Positions 1-10,116 of a DNA stretch of 64,000 nucleotides are shown here, one piece after another. Made by a program: the position numbers and the translations under genes. The notes beneath the pieces were generated by a model. It had not been told where the DNA came from. It worked only from the letters and a program-made list of their open reading frames with translations, and did not search any database. This DNA comes from an uncultured Verrucomicrobiae bacterium (lineage in GTDB: Bacteria > Verrucomicrobiota > Verrucomicrobiia > Limisphaerales > Palsa-1400). Location: assembly GCA_963702845.1 (NCBI GenBank), contig OY969763.1, positions 4,192,001 through 4,256,000 on the forward strand. Reading direction: 5' to 3'. The stretch's first letter is position 1. Each line of letters begins with the position of its first letter.

Positions 1-173
1 GATTGTTCAGGTTCAAAAGAGGAATAGCCAAAGCCATTCCGACACAAAAACGTCATCAGCACTCGGTGATGCAGCACATACCACATTCGGCACTTGAGCA
101 CGTCCCACCTAGTAAGCGTGCATCGAATCACGTGCGTGTGGGACAGTATTGGCGGAACGGTTGGTTGATTCAT
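1..173 (-). CDS. Hypothetical protein, 5' part only (runs off window start)
   Basis: ATG at 173 opens a frame (MNQPTVPPILSHTHVIRCTLTRWDVLK...) with no stop to the window edge; no family recognised. Confidence 0.3.
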   Translation of the reverse strand, partial: MNQPTVPPILSHTHVIRCTLTRWDVLKCRMWYVLHHRVLMTFLCRNGFGYSSFEPEQ

Positions 174-406
174 GATTTTTGACCCGGTTGTCTAGGCAAC
201 AATACTAAAACCACTTGGCAAACTGGAAAGCAAATCTATCGTTAACCTCATCAGTCTGCCATGGCCGCGATTTTCATCACATCTTTCGACAACTCAGGGC
301 AGGCAAATCGATTCAGCAACTCATTCGGTCGGATCAGCCATTTACGAAATAATGTCCACAGGACCGCAAACCGAACACAGCATTTCGGGATTCTGTTGAC
401 GGAAGT

Positions 407-948
407 TCAAAAGGCAACCTCTCCGCCAGCGCTCCGCAACGATGGTTCCGCCAACGCATCACGAATCGTTTTCACCGGCAGAAACAACTCAAGCTCATTC
501 GACGGCATCGAAATAAATCCGAATTGCTCGTAATATCGCTTGGCCTGTTGATCTTTCGCATCCACAAAAAGACCGATCCCACCCGCCGAGTTGAAATTTC
601 CATAAACTTCTCCATTGCCGCAACCAACAATATTTTCCCGATGCCTTGCCGTTGCGACATCTTGGCAACGGCCAATCGCCCCAACCGAATGCCAGCTACA
701 TCCCGCGGCAGTTTTTTCGCCTCAACCGGCGTGAGTGACTCTGACTTTATTTGGCAAATGTTCAGTGAAAAGAAACCAAGAATCGGCTTCGGCTCGACTG
801 CCTCCGCATCGATCAAAACGAATGTGCGCGAAATTCCCCGCTCCGCGTGTTGCCGCGCCGTCTGTTTCAGAAACAAGTTCAGAGGCTCACTCCCGCAGTC
901 GAACCCGTCTCGATCGTGAGACTTCGCCAGCAATTCAATCTTACGCAC
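407..948 (-). CDS. GNAT-family acetyltransferase toxin (AtaT/TacT-like), one apparent frameshift near 597
   Basis: HDRDGFDCGSEPLNLFL...RLGRLAV...QRQGIGKILL GNAT-toxin motifs; adding one T in a T-run restores GGIGLFVDAKDQQAKRYYEQFGF...LFLP ending at TGA 407-409. Confidence 0.85.
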
Positions 949-1225
949 GCACCGTGCCCTTAAACGCTTTCACGGCGTCCTTCAAACGCGTGTTGGGTTT
1001 GGGCGGATGATCCAGCAGGGCCAGCACTTGGCGCGCGTCTTTCTGGGAAAGTCGAATGACCGACTCGCGCTCAATCACCCGTTGCGCCTCCAAATACGCC
1101 GTTTGCACTACGAACTGGTTCACCGTCGAACCCAATAGCTCCGCCGCCTGCTCCAACGTGTCTCGCACGCTATCAGACACGCGAGCGGTAATCCTCTTGC
1201 GAGGCTCTTCTAATACACGTTCCAT
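941..1225 (-). CDS. DUF1778 ribbon-helix-helix antitoxin (TacA/AtaR-like)
   Basis: RITARV...LEQAAELLGSTVNQFVVQTA...IRLS...LDHPPKPN..L pattern; overlaps the start of the downstream GNAT gene. Confidence 0.9.
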   Translation of the reverse strand: MERVLEEPRKRITARVSDSVRDTLEQAAELLGSTVNQFVVQTAYLEAQRVIERESVIRLSQKDARQVLALLDHPPKPNTRLKDAVKAFKGTVRA

Positions 1226-1318
1226 ATCTACATGGTGTCACTTTGGCACCAGCTCGTCAACCGTGAAGGTATTGAACGCTGATCTTCGGCTCCAGTTGAT
1301 TGGTCCCTTCGCGAATCT

Positions 1319-1957
1319 CTATTCCTGCGCCTTCACCGTGGCAGCAACCTTCATCACTTCCTTTGTCAATTCCGTGATCCGCCCCCAATTCCTCTCCGCA
1401 ATCAACTTCCGATCCGCCAGCCACGTCCCACCGATCGCCGCCGTCGCCGACATTGAAAGATACTCCGCCGCATTCGCCTGACTGACACCGCCCATCGGAA
1501 TGAACTTCACACCCGTGTGCGCAAATGGCGCAGCCAAAGCCTTCAACATCGCCGGCCCGCCAAGCACGCCCGCGGGGAACAACTTCAAAATGTAGCACCC
1601 CAACTCAATCGCCCGATCCGTTTCAGTTGGCGTCATCACCCCGGGAATAAACGGCACCTTCAAATCGCGCGCCGCCGTAACGACTTTTTCATTCAACCCC
1701 GGAGCAACAGCAAAAGTAGCCCCAGCATCAATCGCCTGCTTAAGCTGATCAGTCGAAAGCACAGTCCCCGCCCCAACATGCATCTGCGGAAACGTTTTCC
1801 GAATTGCGGCAATACTCGCCAGCGCACAACTAGTCCGCAACGGCACCTCGAGCATATCGAGCCCGCCCGCCAACAACGCTTCACAAACCGGCAACGTATC
1901 TTCGATCCGATCAAAGATGGCGATGTAGATGACCCTACGCTGCAACAGCACTTTCAT
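1319..1957 (-). CDS. eda: KDPG/KHG aldolase
   Basis: LEVPLRT, VGAGTV, PGVMTPTE, LKLFPA, FIPMGGV motifs. Confidence 0.92.
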   Translation of the reverse strand: MKVLLQRRVIYIAIFDRIEDTLPVCEALLAGGLDMLEVPLRTSCALASIAAIRKTFPQMHVGAGTVLSTDQLKQAIDAGATFAVAPGLNEKVVTAARDLKVPFIPGVMTPTETDRAIELGCYILKLFPAGVLGGPAMLKALAAPFAHTGVKFIPMGGVSQANAAEYLSMSATAAIGGTWLADRKLIAERNWGRITELTKEVMKVAATVKAQE

Positions 1958-2089
1958 ATCTCCGGCAATTATGAATTAAGGAACGAACGTTTCCAAGATG
2001 ACAAAACGCTGCGTTGCATCCCCGAAATCATTTCCCTCACTTTGCGCCTTTGCACCTCCGCGTCTTTGCGTTGAACAACACCTTCAATG

Positions 2090-2300
2090 TTGCAAACTTA
2101 GCTACTTCACTGTAAAACAACAAATGCCGACCAACGATGGTCGGCGTGTGGGCCTGACTCCCTTCGAAACGACGAATCCAAGCCCAGCCGCCAGCGGTGC
2201 GCGAAGGCGGATGCTCTTTGAAAATCAACAACTTAGATCAAAATTGCTAGCGAGAACCCTTGTAGCAACATTCCCGCATCACAATGGGCAACAATATGAT
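2090..2300 (+). promoter_or_regulatory. Divergent member of non-coding element family A: promoter-like sequence, hairpin, boxA-like motif, IHF-consensus site
   Basis: TTGCAA-N17-TAAAAC (2090-2118); hairpin GCCGACCA-acga-TGGTCGGC (2126-2145); TGCTCTTTGAAAA (2212-2224); AATCAACAACTTA = WATCAANNNNTTR (2223-2235). Confidence 0.45.
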
Positions 2301-2363
2301 CGGACTTCGCCACCCTATTTGACTGGCGAAACCACCGCTATGGGCACACACTTAAGGTAAGGA

Positions 2364-4329
2364 ATGAGCGACCTTCAAGCCATCGAAGCCGCCTTGGTTC
2401 GGGCTGTGCGCCGTCGGCGTTTGCAGCGCGCCTGGGCAAACTTATGGCGTGGGGTTTTCATCGGCGCGCTCCTCTGGCTCGTTGCTCTCTCCGTTTACAA
2501 ACTCGCCCCGGTTCCGTTCTCCATTGTTCCCATCGCGGGTGTTGCTGGACTTGTTTGCGTCATCGCCGGGTTTCTTTATGGCTGGTTTCATCGTCAAACC
2601 ATTCAGCAAACAGCGCGGTGGCTGGATGAAAAACAAAACCTCCAACAACGCCTCAGCACCGCCTTGGAAATGGCCGAAGGCAATCGCGATGAAAATTGGC
2701 GGCAGCTGTTGATTTCCGATGCCGCAAAGTTTGTGGAGAAGTTCGACCCGCGCAAGCTCCTGCCGTTTCACTTGCCCCGCATCAGCCGATGGTCCTTATT
2801 GATTCTCGCGCTCTGTGCCGGCTTGGGTTTCGTGCCCGAATATCGCAGCAAAGCTTATCTCGATAAAAAGCAGGATGCCGAAGTCATCAGAGCAGTCGGC
2901 GACAAACTGGTCGAACTGACCAAACAAAACCTGCAACGCCGCACGCCGATGATGGAACCGGTTCATAAAGCCGTCGAAAACGTCGAGAAAGTCGGTTTGC
3001 AACTTGGCAAGAATCCGATTACCCGCAGCGACGCGCTGAAAGACCTCGCCAAGGTCCAGGAACAGTTGAAGTCGCAAATGAAGGAGCTGGTCAAGAGCCC
3101 GGCCTATAAAGCGCTCGAACGCTCCGCCCGCAATGAAACCAAAGGCGGCAATACGTTGCCCGACCTGCAAAAGAAAATCGACGCCATGCAAAAGGCGCTT
3201 GGCGACAAAGCTAGCGCTGATGCGATGGACAAGCTGAATCAGAAAATGCATCAGGCCAAAGCCGCCGCCGCCGCGATGCCTAACGATGGCTCGGCAAAAT
3301 CCCAAGAGGCCAAAGCCCAGATGGAAAAGATGCTTTCCGAGCTGAACAAGGAAGCAAAGGACATGGGCCAGCAAATTCCAAATCTCGACGCCGCGATTGA
3401 AGCGTTGAAAAAGGGTGAAACAGAAAATTTCGCGAAGGACATGGAAGCAGCCACAACCGATTTGGAAAAGCTGAAGGACATGGCCAAGCAACTTGAATCG
3501 ATGCAGAAGGAAGCCGCGCAGATGGGCAAAGATCTTCCGCAACAATTGCAACGCGGCCAGGCCGAAGCGGCGCAGCAGACTTTGCAGAAGATGATCGAAC
3601 AATTGAAGTCCGGCAAACTGTCCAAGGAAGATGCACAGAAGATGCTCGACGAAGTTTCGCGTTCGGTTGATCCGGCGAGTCCTTACGGCAAAGCGGCAGA
3701 CTTTCTGAAACAAGCGACCAAGGAAATGCAGAACGGACAAAAGCCCGACGCAGCACAATCGCTCGCCAATGCTTCGAAGGAACTTCAGAACGCGATGGAA
3801 CAAATGCAGGACGCTCAATCGATGATGGCGTCGTTGGACGCACTGGACAAAGCCGAGACTGCCATCGCCAATCGCAAGGCATTTGGCACATGTCCGTGGT
3901 GCGGCAAGAAAGGTGGTACGTGAAGCGGTGGCATGTGCGCGAACGGTCGTTCGCGATCAGGCCCGGGAGGGCGAGGCGGGAATGGTGTCGGCACATGGGC
4001 CGATGAAAATGGTTTGTATCCCGGTTGGGCGAATGGCGAGAACACCGAAAACCGACCGGACATGGCTGGTAAAGGCCAGACGGACCGTGGCGATGGCCAA
4101 CTCGCCCAAAACCTGAATCCTGAAAAAGTTCACGGACAAGTCAGTCCTGGCGGCCAGATGCCGAGCATCACGCTCAAAGGTTTAAGCATCAAAGGAAACA
4201 GTTCAGTGGAGTAACCAGGAAGCCGCCAGTGCCGCACAAAGCGAAGCGCAGAGCGCGCTGAATCACGACCAGGTGCCGCGCGCTTACCAAGGCGCGGTGA
4301 AGGATTACTTCGACGATCTCAAGAAGTAG
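2364..4329 (+). CDS. Membrane-anchored long coiled-coil protein (DUF4175-like) with an in-frame TGA at 3921 and an apparent +1 indel at about 4213
   Basis: N-terminal TM helices, QRLSTALE motif, Gln/Lys/Met-rich coiled coil; frame continues past TGA 3921 (SGGMCANG...); removing one A at 4213 gives the tail EYQEAASAAQSEAQSALNHDQVPRAYQGAVKDYFDDLKK*. Confidence 0.75.
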
Positions 4330-4332
4330 AAC

Positions 4333-5172
4333 CTAGGAGTTAGGCTCAGTCTCCTCAGTGTCCTCTGATACCGATTGCGCATTTCCAGAGGCGTAACGGC
4401 GCAAATATTTAACAGCAACTGCGATGTCCCTCGGCCACGGCGCTTCGATCTTTACTTCGGCTTTGGTGATCGGATGAGTGACGATCAATTTTTCGGCGTG
4501 CAAAGCCACTCGATCCATCAGCGGTCGCTCGGTCTTACCTGGCTTCAGCCGATAGTCATGTTTCAACGACGAAAGTAGCAACGGTTGTCCGCCATAATCT
4601 TCGTCGCCGACAATCGGTAACCGCACGTGTCTCAGATGAATGCGAATCTGGTGACTGCGCCCGGTGAGCGGCCGGCATTCGATCAACAGAACTCTGCCGA
4701 ATTTTTCGCGAATCGTGAATTGCGTTTTGGAGCGTTTGCCGTTTTTCGGATCAATGCGCATCAGTCCAAGTCGTAGTTCGTTCGGGGCAAGCTTTGCGTC
4801 GACCTCAAACGTGTCACCCGGCGGAGTTCCACGAGCGAGTGCAACATAGACTTTGTGCGGTTTTTCCGAACCGAACTGAGCCGCGAGATCGATGAGGGCG
4901 GGTTTGTCTTTCGCGAGCAGGATGACACCGCTGGTTTGGAAATCGAGCCGGTGCGCGTTCATCAGGTAACTGAGGTTGCGCGACTTCGCCCACGGCTTCC
5001 CCTGCTCTATTCCGGCATGGAGTAGTTTCATCAGGTTGGGCCGATTCGGATCATAACGATCGGGAGAAACGAGCAAGCCCGCCGGCTTATCAACAGCGAG
5101 CAGGTGTTCGTCCTCGTACAGAACCGGGATTTCCCAGAACTCTTTTGTGGCCGGCGAAGAAAGTTTAATCAT
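4333..5172 (-). CDS. RluA-family pseudouridine synthase
   Basis: VDKPAGLLV, HRLDFQTSG (catalytic Asp), TGRSHQIRIHL, PIVGDEDYG, LHA motifs. Confidence 0.92.
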   Translation of the reverse strand: MIKLSSPATKEFWEIPVLYEDEHLLAVDKPAGLLVSPDRYDPNRPNLMKLLHAGIEQGKPWAKSRNLSYLMNAHRLDFQTSGVILLAKDKPALIDLAAQFGSEKPHKVYVALARGTPPGDTFEVDAKLAPNELRLGLMRIDPKNGKRSKTQFTIREKFGRVLLIECRPLTGRSHQIRIHLRHVRLPIVGDEDYGGQPLLLSSLKHDYRLKPGKTERPLMDRVALHAEKLIVTHPITKAEVKIEAPWPRDIAVAVKYLRRYASGNAQSVSEDTEETEPNS

Positions 5173-5366
5173 GTCTCCAGCCACTCAATCTGACACCGAC
5201 GCGACTTGCTTCAAGCCTAAATCGAGCCCAATCAATCCTACAATTCGCTTTAACAATCCCCCGATCGATCAACGCCTCGACACTTTGCGGAAGCGTCGCT
5301 CTCGGTGCCCTGTCAAGTTCGCGCATTGCGCGTTGCAGATTGCGGCGGTTGTGTCTAATTAACTGC

Positions 5367-5825
5367 ATGACGACGAGCACCACCCGCGGGCGAACGCCCG
5401 AAGGGGTCAAGCAATTCTCGATTTTCACGCCCAATCGGATGGGGCGTCTGTATGATTTGATTACGCTGCTGAGCTCGCACGCAATCACAGTGCTGGCGAC
5501 CACGGTGCTGGACACAACCGACAGCTCGATCATCCGTATCATCGTCGATGACCCGGACAAAGCCCGCGAGCTGTTGACCAAAGAAGGATTTGCTTTCACC
5601 GAAAGCGAAATGGTGGTCGTCGAAATCGATGCTGTGACGAATCTGAACAAGTTGATGGCCGCACTGCTCGAGGCGGAGCTGAACATGAATTACATGTACT
5701 CGTTCATCCCGCAGTCGCAGGGTAAATCGATGCTGGCGTTGAACATGGAAGACAATGATATCGGCGAGAAGGTTTTGAAGAAGCACCAGTTTCACGTCTT
5801 GAGGCAGTCGGACATCAGTCGCTGA
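5367..5825 (+). CDS. Tandem ACT-domain protein
   Basis: KQFSIFTPNRMGRL...RIIVDDPDKARELL...NMNYMYSF double-ACT pattern. Confidence 0.8.
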   Translation: MTTSTTRGRTPEGVKQFSIFTPNRMGRLYDLITLLSSHAITVLATTVLDTTDSSIIRIIVDDPDKARELLTKEGFAFTESEMVVVEIDAVTNLNKLMAALLEAELNMNYMYSFIPQSQGKSMLALNMEDNDIGEKVLKKHQFHVLRQSDISR

Positions 5826-5942
5826 TCGGGGATTGCCTGAGGGCGGGAACACGTCTTGGGAACAAAAAGTCATTGACCCGAATCAATGCTGTTTTAAGCT
5901 CCCCCTTCGCAGACTTTAACCAACACACACGCAATATTATTT

Positions 5943-6380
5943 ATGAATACGATTGTTCCATTGATTAGTTCTGGTGTCGCAGGTCCCTTGGGCGTTTTGC
6001 ATCTGCCCCGCCTGTGGCTGAAAGCTTCTCTCGAAGCATGCGGCAAACTCGCTCCCGGTTATCCCGGCGCCGGCCAAGGTTATGACCAGATGGTCATCAG
6101 CGGCCTCGGCCTGCAGCGTGACGCGGTTTTGAATTTCATCAAAACCAGCAAGCCGACCTATCCGCAATTCGAAGCTTGGGTCAAGAGTCAGCCCGGCGTG
6201 AAGCTCGACAAGGCTTCGATCGACAAGCTTAACGGCTCGATCGTCGGTTACATCCATGACGATGCGACTCGCAAAGAAATCCTCGGCGCCAGCGGTCTGC
6301 CGGACGGATCGCCTCGCGACGCCGTGAACCTCAACAACCTCGACGACTGGCAATGTTTCCATGCGGCGGTGTTGAAGTAA
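5943..6380 (+). CDS. DUF5069-family protein
   Basis: SSGVAGPLGVLHLPRLWLK...GYDQM...NNLDDW signature; followed by a terminator. Confidence 0.7.
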   Translation: MNTIVPLISSGVAGPLGVLHLPRLWLKASLEACGKLAPGYPGAGQGYDQMVISGLGLQRDAVLNFIKTSKPTYPQFEAWVKSQPGVKLDKASIDKLNGSIVGYIHDDATRKEILGASGLPDGSPRDAVNLNNLDDWQCFHAAVLK

Positions 6381-6400
6381 TCGCAGCACAAATAAGTTTG

Positions 6401-6437
6401 GCCGGCGCGAGAGACAATCTTGCGCCGGTCTTTTTTT
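6401..6437 (+). terminator. Intrinsic terminator
   Basis: GCCGGCGCGAGA-gacaa-TCTTGCGCCGGT followed by C and a T7 tract. Confidence 0.8.
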
Positions 6438-6528
6438 GGCTAGAACTGCGCATCAGCAAGCGGCTGTTTTGAAACTGCGCGACTTAACCCGCTTGCTCAC
6501 GCGCGCGGCTCTGTTATTGGTTACTAAT

Positions 6529-7071
6529 ATGAAACCGGAAACTCTTCACGTTGGAATGAAAGTGCGGCACCCCGATTACGGGCTCGGCACAGTCAAAAGC
6601 GTTTCAGAACATTTTGCTGATATTAGGTTTGATGAAGGCCTCAAGACAATCGCGCCGGATCAAACCGATTTGCAACCGGCCGAAGCGCAGGCCGAGATCA
6701 CCGGAAGCTCCGTTCCGCTGAGCGTCATCATTGGCGAAACGGTGGCGGCGCTGGCAAAGGAACTTGGATTCGAAAAAGACGACAGCATTGTAGAAGAATT
6801 GGGCGCACGCTGGCAAAAAGGCACGATGGTTTTGCGTCCCGCCGATGGGAGTTTGCAGCCGAAAGAGATTCCGCTGGAAACGTTCTTCCACAAGATCGTC
6901 ATGATGCGGAACAATTTTCGCGTGCTGGAACAAAAGATCAACGGCCACCCGCAATTGAGCGACGCGGAAAAGGTTGAGATGCAGCAATACATCTCACGCT
7001 GCTATGGCTCGATGACGACGTTCAATATTTTGTTCAAGCGTGAGCGCGACCAATTCAAGTCGGGGATGTAA
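6529..7071 (+). CDS. Conserved hypothetical protein with N-terminal SH3/Tudor-like segment
   Basis: VGMKVRHPDYGLGTV; C-terminal FFHKIVMMRNNFRVLEQKIN...QYISRCYGSMTTFNILF. Confidence 0.7.
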   Translation: MKPETLHVGMKVRHPDYGLGTVKSVSEHFADIRFDEGLKTIAPDQTDLQPAEAQAEITGSSVPLSVIIGETVAALAKELGFEKDDSIVEELGARWQKGTMVLRPADGSLQPKEIPLETFFHKIVMMRNNFRVLEQKINGHPQLSDAEKVEMQQYISRCYGSMTTFNILFKRERDQFKSGM

Positions 7072-8995
7072 TTGGGTTGGGTTGAGTATTGCGTTGCTGC
7101 TCGCGTTCGTTGACGTGAACGCAGAATCGTTGCCGAAAGGCTACACGGCGATCAAAGCGTCGGCGCATCGGCTTCAAACAGGCGAGCGTGTTACCGAACT
7201 GGGGGAATTCGTTTTACCCACGCAGATTACCGCAAAGCAAAACGCACTGCTTGTTTCGCCGATTCGGCTCAAGATCGAGTGCGAGTCGGAGGTGAAAGGC
7301 ACCTCGAAACTCGTCTCGAAAACGAAACAAACCGCGACGTGGACCTGGAACGGCGATTCAAGCGACATCTCGACTGATGTGAAAATGACGGGCGAGTGCG
7401 ATGGATTTTGCTGGTATGAAATCCGTGTCACTCCAAAACATCCGGTGAAGGTTCGTTCGATCGCTCTCGAAGTTCCGCGAACAACCAATACCGCTCGCTT
7501 CCTGCACACCGCGAACTATTCGTGGTCGAATCCGTCGGGCGGCTTTCCGGAAATGGGTGGGAAATGGAATGGGGCGTTCATGCCTTACATCTGGCTGGGC
7601 AACGAAGATTGCGGTTTGGCGTGGTGTGCGGAATCGGATCAAAGTTGGAATCTGCGCGATGCATCGCATGCGCTCGCCATCACGACGCGAACGAACGATG
7701 TATTGTTTAAAGCGACTTTCCTCGACCACGAAGAAACCATCACGAACGCACTCACTTTTCGTTTCGGTTTGCAGGCAACTCCAGTGAAACCGGTGTCGTT
7801 TGCGTGGCGCGCGAATGCGCGGATTTTGCACGACATTCATTTTGAATCTGCCGATGTCGGCACGAATGGCAGATGCGAATTGGACGACATTGCAGCGGGT
7901 GGCGCTAAGACAGTCGTGATCCACGATTCGTGGACAAAATATTTCGGACAAATAGTTCCAGCGGATGCGGCGCGCTTTCGCAAATTGATCGATGTCTGCC
8001 ACACACGCGGGATGCGCCTGCTCGTTTACATTGGATACGGTGTCGCGCGCACCGCGCCCGAATTGCAGGGCAAGCATGACGAATGGTCGACTGTTCCTTT
8101 GATCCCGTGGGACCCGGGTTACAAGCCTGAGATGCGCGCGTTCGACGCGACGTGTCCGCGCAGCGGTTGGTCGGATTGGCTCGTGGCTGGCACGGATAAA
8201 TTGTTCACCGATTTTGATTTGGATGGTTTGTATTTCGATGGCACGAGCGAAGCGTGGGTTTGCCATAACCAGGCGCATGGCTGTGGGTGGAAAGATGCCA
8301 GCGGCAATTTACATTCAAACTACCCAATGCTCGACTCGCGCAAACTGATGCGCCGGATGGCGGACACGGTTCATCGCCACAAACCGGATGCCATTCTCGA
8401 TGTGCACATGTCATCGAACTTCACCGTGCCGACCCTTTCGTTTTGTGACAGCATTTGGAACGGCGAACAGTTCGAAGGCCACACCGTCGGTGAAAAGTTC
8501 CAGGTACCGTTGCACGCATTCCGCACCGAATTCATGGGCTACGCGCAGGGTCTCGATGCGGAATTTCTCTGTTACGAAAATCGGCCGTTCACTTTTGACG
8601 AAGCCATTGCACTGGCATGGTTGCACGGGGTCGAGGTGCGTCCCTATCCGAAAACATTGGTCAAGGTCACGCCAATCTGGCGCGCGATGGACCGATTCGG
8701 GGTCACGAAAGCCGAATGGAAACCGTATTGGAACACACCGATTGTGATGCCCAATTCAGCGGCCGTGAAGATTAGCGCGTGGACACGCACCAGTTCAGCG
8801 CTGCTTTTTGTCAGTCATCTGGAGCGCAAACCGGAAGTCGTGCATATCACGCTTCCAGGAAAGAAGGTCAGCGTAACCGACGCTGTAACCGGCGCGCCGG
8901 TAACGGTCACCAACAAAACCGTGACGATCGACTTTTCAGGAATGACCTATCGACTATTGGAAGTGCGCGGGATCAGTCGGAGTTTTCGTGACTAA
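7040..8995 (+). CDS. Secreted glycoside-hydrolase-like protein (DUF6067-like); start uncertain
   Basis: Hydrophobic signal-like segment, PYIWLGNEDCGLAW, FGLQATPVKP, LDGLYFDGT motifs. Confidence 0.7.
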   Translation: MSATNSSRGCNWVGLSIALLLAFVDVNAESLPKGYTAIKASAHRLQTGERVTELGEFVLPTQITAKQNALLVSPIRLKIECESEVKGTSKLVSKTKQTATWTWNGDSSDISTDVKMTGECDGFCWYEIRVTPKHPVKVRSIALEVPRTTNTARFLHTANYSWSNPSGGFPEMGGKWNGAFMPYIWLGNEDCGLAWCAESDQSWNLRDASHALAITTRTNDVLFKATFLDHEETITNALTFRFGLQATPVKPVSFAWRANARILHDIHFESADVGTNGRCELDDIAAGGAKTVVIHDSWTKYFGQIVPADAARFRKLIDVCHTRGMRLLVYIGYGVARTAPELQGKHDEWSTVPLIPWDPGYKPEMRAFDATCPRSGWSDWLVAGTDKLFTDFDLDGLYFDGTSEAWVCHNQAHGCGWKDASGNLHSNYPMLDSRKLMRRMADTVHRHKPDAILDVHMSSNFTVPTLSFCDSIWNGEQFEGHTVGEKFQVPLHAFRTEFMGYAQGLDAEFLCYENRPFTFDEAIALAWLHGVEVRPYPKTLVKVTPIWRAMDRFGVTKAEWKPYWNTPIVMPNSAAVKISAWTRTSSALLFVSHLERKPEVVHITLPGKKVSVTDAVTGAPVTVTNKTVTIDFSGMTYRLLEVRGISRSFRD

Positions 8996-9052
8996 TAATT
9001 CATTTGCGCCTGATTGACGATGGGCCGTTGGTGCAGTTGTATTCGAGGCGTG

Positions 9053-10042
9053 ATGAAATGGACCTTTACCATTGGTTTCGCGTTCGGGTGTTTAATTCTG
9101 AATTCCGCAACTGCGGCATTGCTCGAGAAAGTCGCGGACGTTCCTCTTCCCGGAGGCGCCACACGTTTTGATTATTGTTCGTTGGATGCCAATGGCGCGC
9201 GACTCTACTTCTCGCACATGGGCGACGGTGAGTTGATGGTCTTCGATACAAAGACCGATAAGTTGGTGGCGCACTTGCCCGGGTTTCCAACGATAACCGG
9301 CGTGCTCGTCGTGCCCGAGCTGAAGCGGGTCTATGGCTCGGTGACTAAAAATCATGAAGTCGCGGTTATCGACACCGATACGCTCAAAGTGGTGAAGAGG
9401 GTTCCGGACGGAAAATTTCCAGATGGCTTGGCGTTCTCACCTGAAACACAAAAGCTCTACGTGTCCGACGAGGCGGGTGGCGTTGATACCGTCATCGATA
9501 CGAAAACGAATCAGAAACTGCGCACGATTGATTTAGGAGGTGAGGCTGGGAACACGCAATATGATCCAACCTCGCATCTGATCTTCGTCGCGGTGCAAAC
9601 GCGTAACCAGATGGTCAGCATCGATCCGAAGACCGACAAGATTGTCGGTCGCATCGATTTGAAGGGAGGCAAACATCCGCACGGCTTCTATATCTGTGCC
9701 GAGGCCAACCGCGCTTTCATTTCATGCCAGGACGACAACAAATTGGTCGTTTTCAATTTGGCTTCGCACGCTGAAGAACAGGTGTTTGACGTTGGTCGCG
9801 ATCCCGACGTGCTCGCGTTTGATGGTGATTTAAAACTGCTCTACGTCGCCTGCGAAGGAGGCGGTGTTTCCATTTTCAAATGGCGCGGTGACAAATTGAC
9901 GAAGGAGGGCGACGAGGAGGTCGGCCCCAACTCGCACACCGTGGCGGTCGATTCCAAAACGCACAAATCCTATTTTCCGCTAAAGAACATCAATGGAAAA
10001 CCAATCCTGCGCATCATGCATCCGGGCGCTGCGCTACAGTAA
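9053..10042 (+). CDS. YncE/YVTN-family beta-propeller protein
   Basis: Signal peptide; repeated PDGLAF..KLYV / HPHG / PDVLAFD blades. Confidence 0.85.
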   Translation: MKWTFTIGFAFGCLILNSATAALLEKVADVPLPGGATRFDYCSLDANGARLYFSHMGDGELMVFDTKTDKLVAHLPGFPTITGVLVVPELKRVYGSVTKNHEVAVIDTDTLKVVKRVPDGKFPDGLAFSPETQKLYVSDEAGGVDTVIDTKTNQKLRTIDLGGEAGNTQYDPTSHLIFVAVQTRNQMVSIDPKTDKIVGRIDLKGGKHPHGFYICAEANRAFISCQDDNKLVVFNLASHAEEQVFDVGRDPDVLAFDGDLKLLYVACEGGGVSIFKWRGDKLTKEGDEEVGPNSHTVAVDSKTHKSYFPLKNINGKPILRIMHPGAALQ

Positions 10043-10116
10043 GCTGCCACTTAACGTGTAATGTATTGACTCACAGGTTTGTCGGTTTATGATGCGTAAG
10101 TTGTTCCACGTGCCCA

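Noticed and set aside
2319..2347. TGACTGGCGAAACCACCGCTATGGGCA resembles pieces of the ZTP (pfl) riboswitch
   Set aside because: Too short; lacks the GGGAG/P1 closure and the GCC..CGCCTGGGC hairpin; downstream gene is unrelated to purine or folate metabolism
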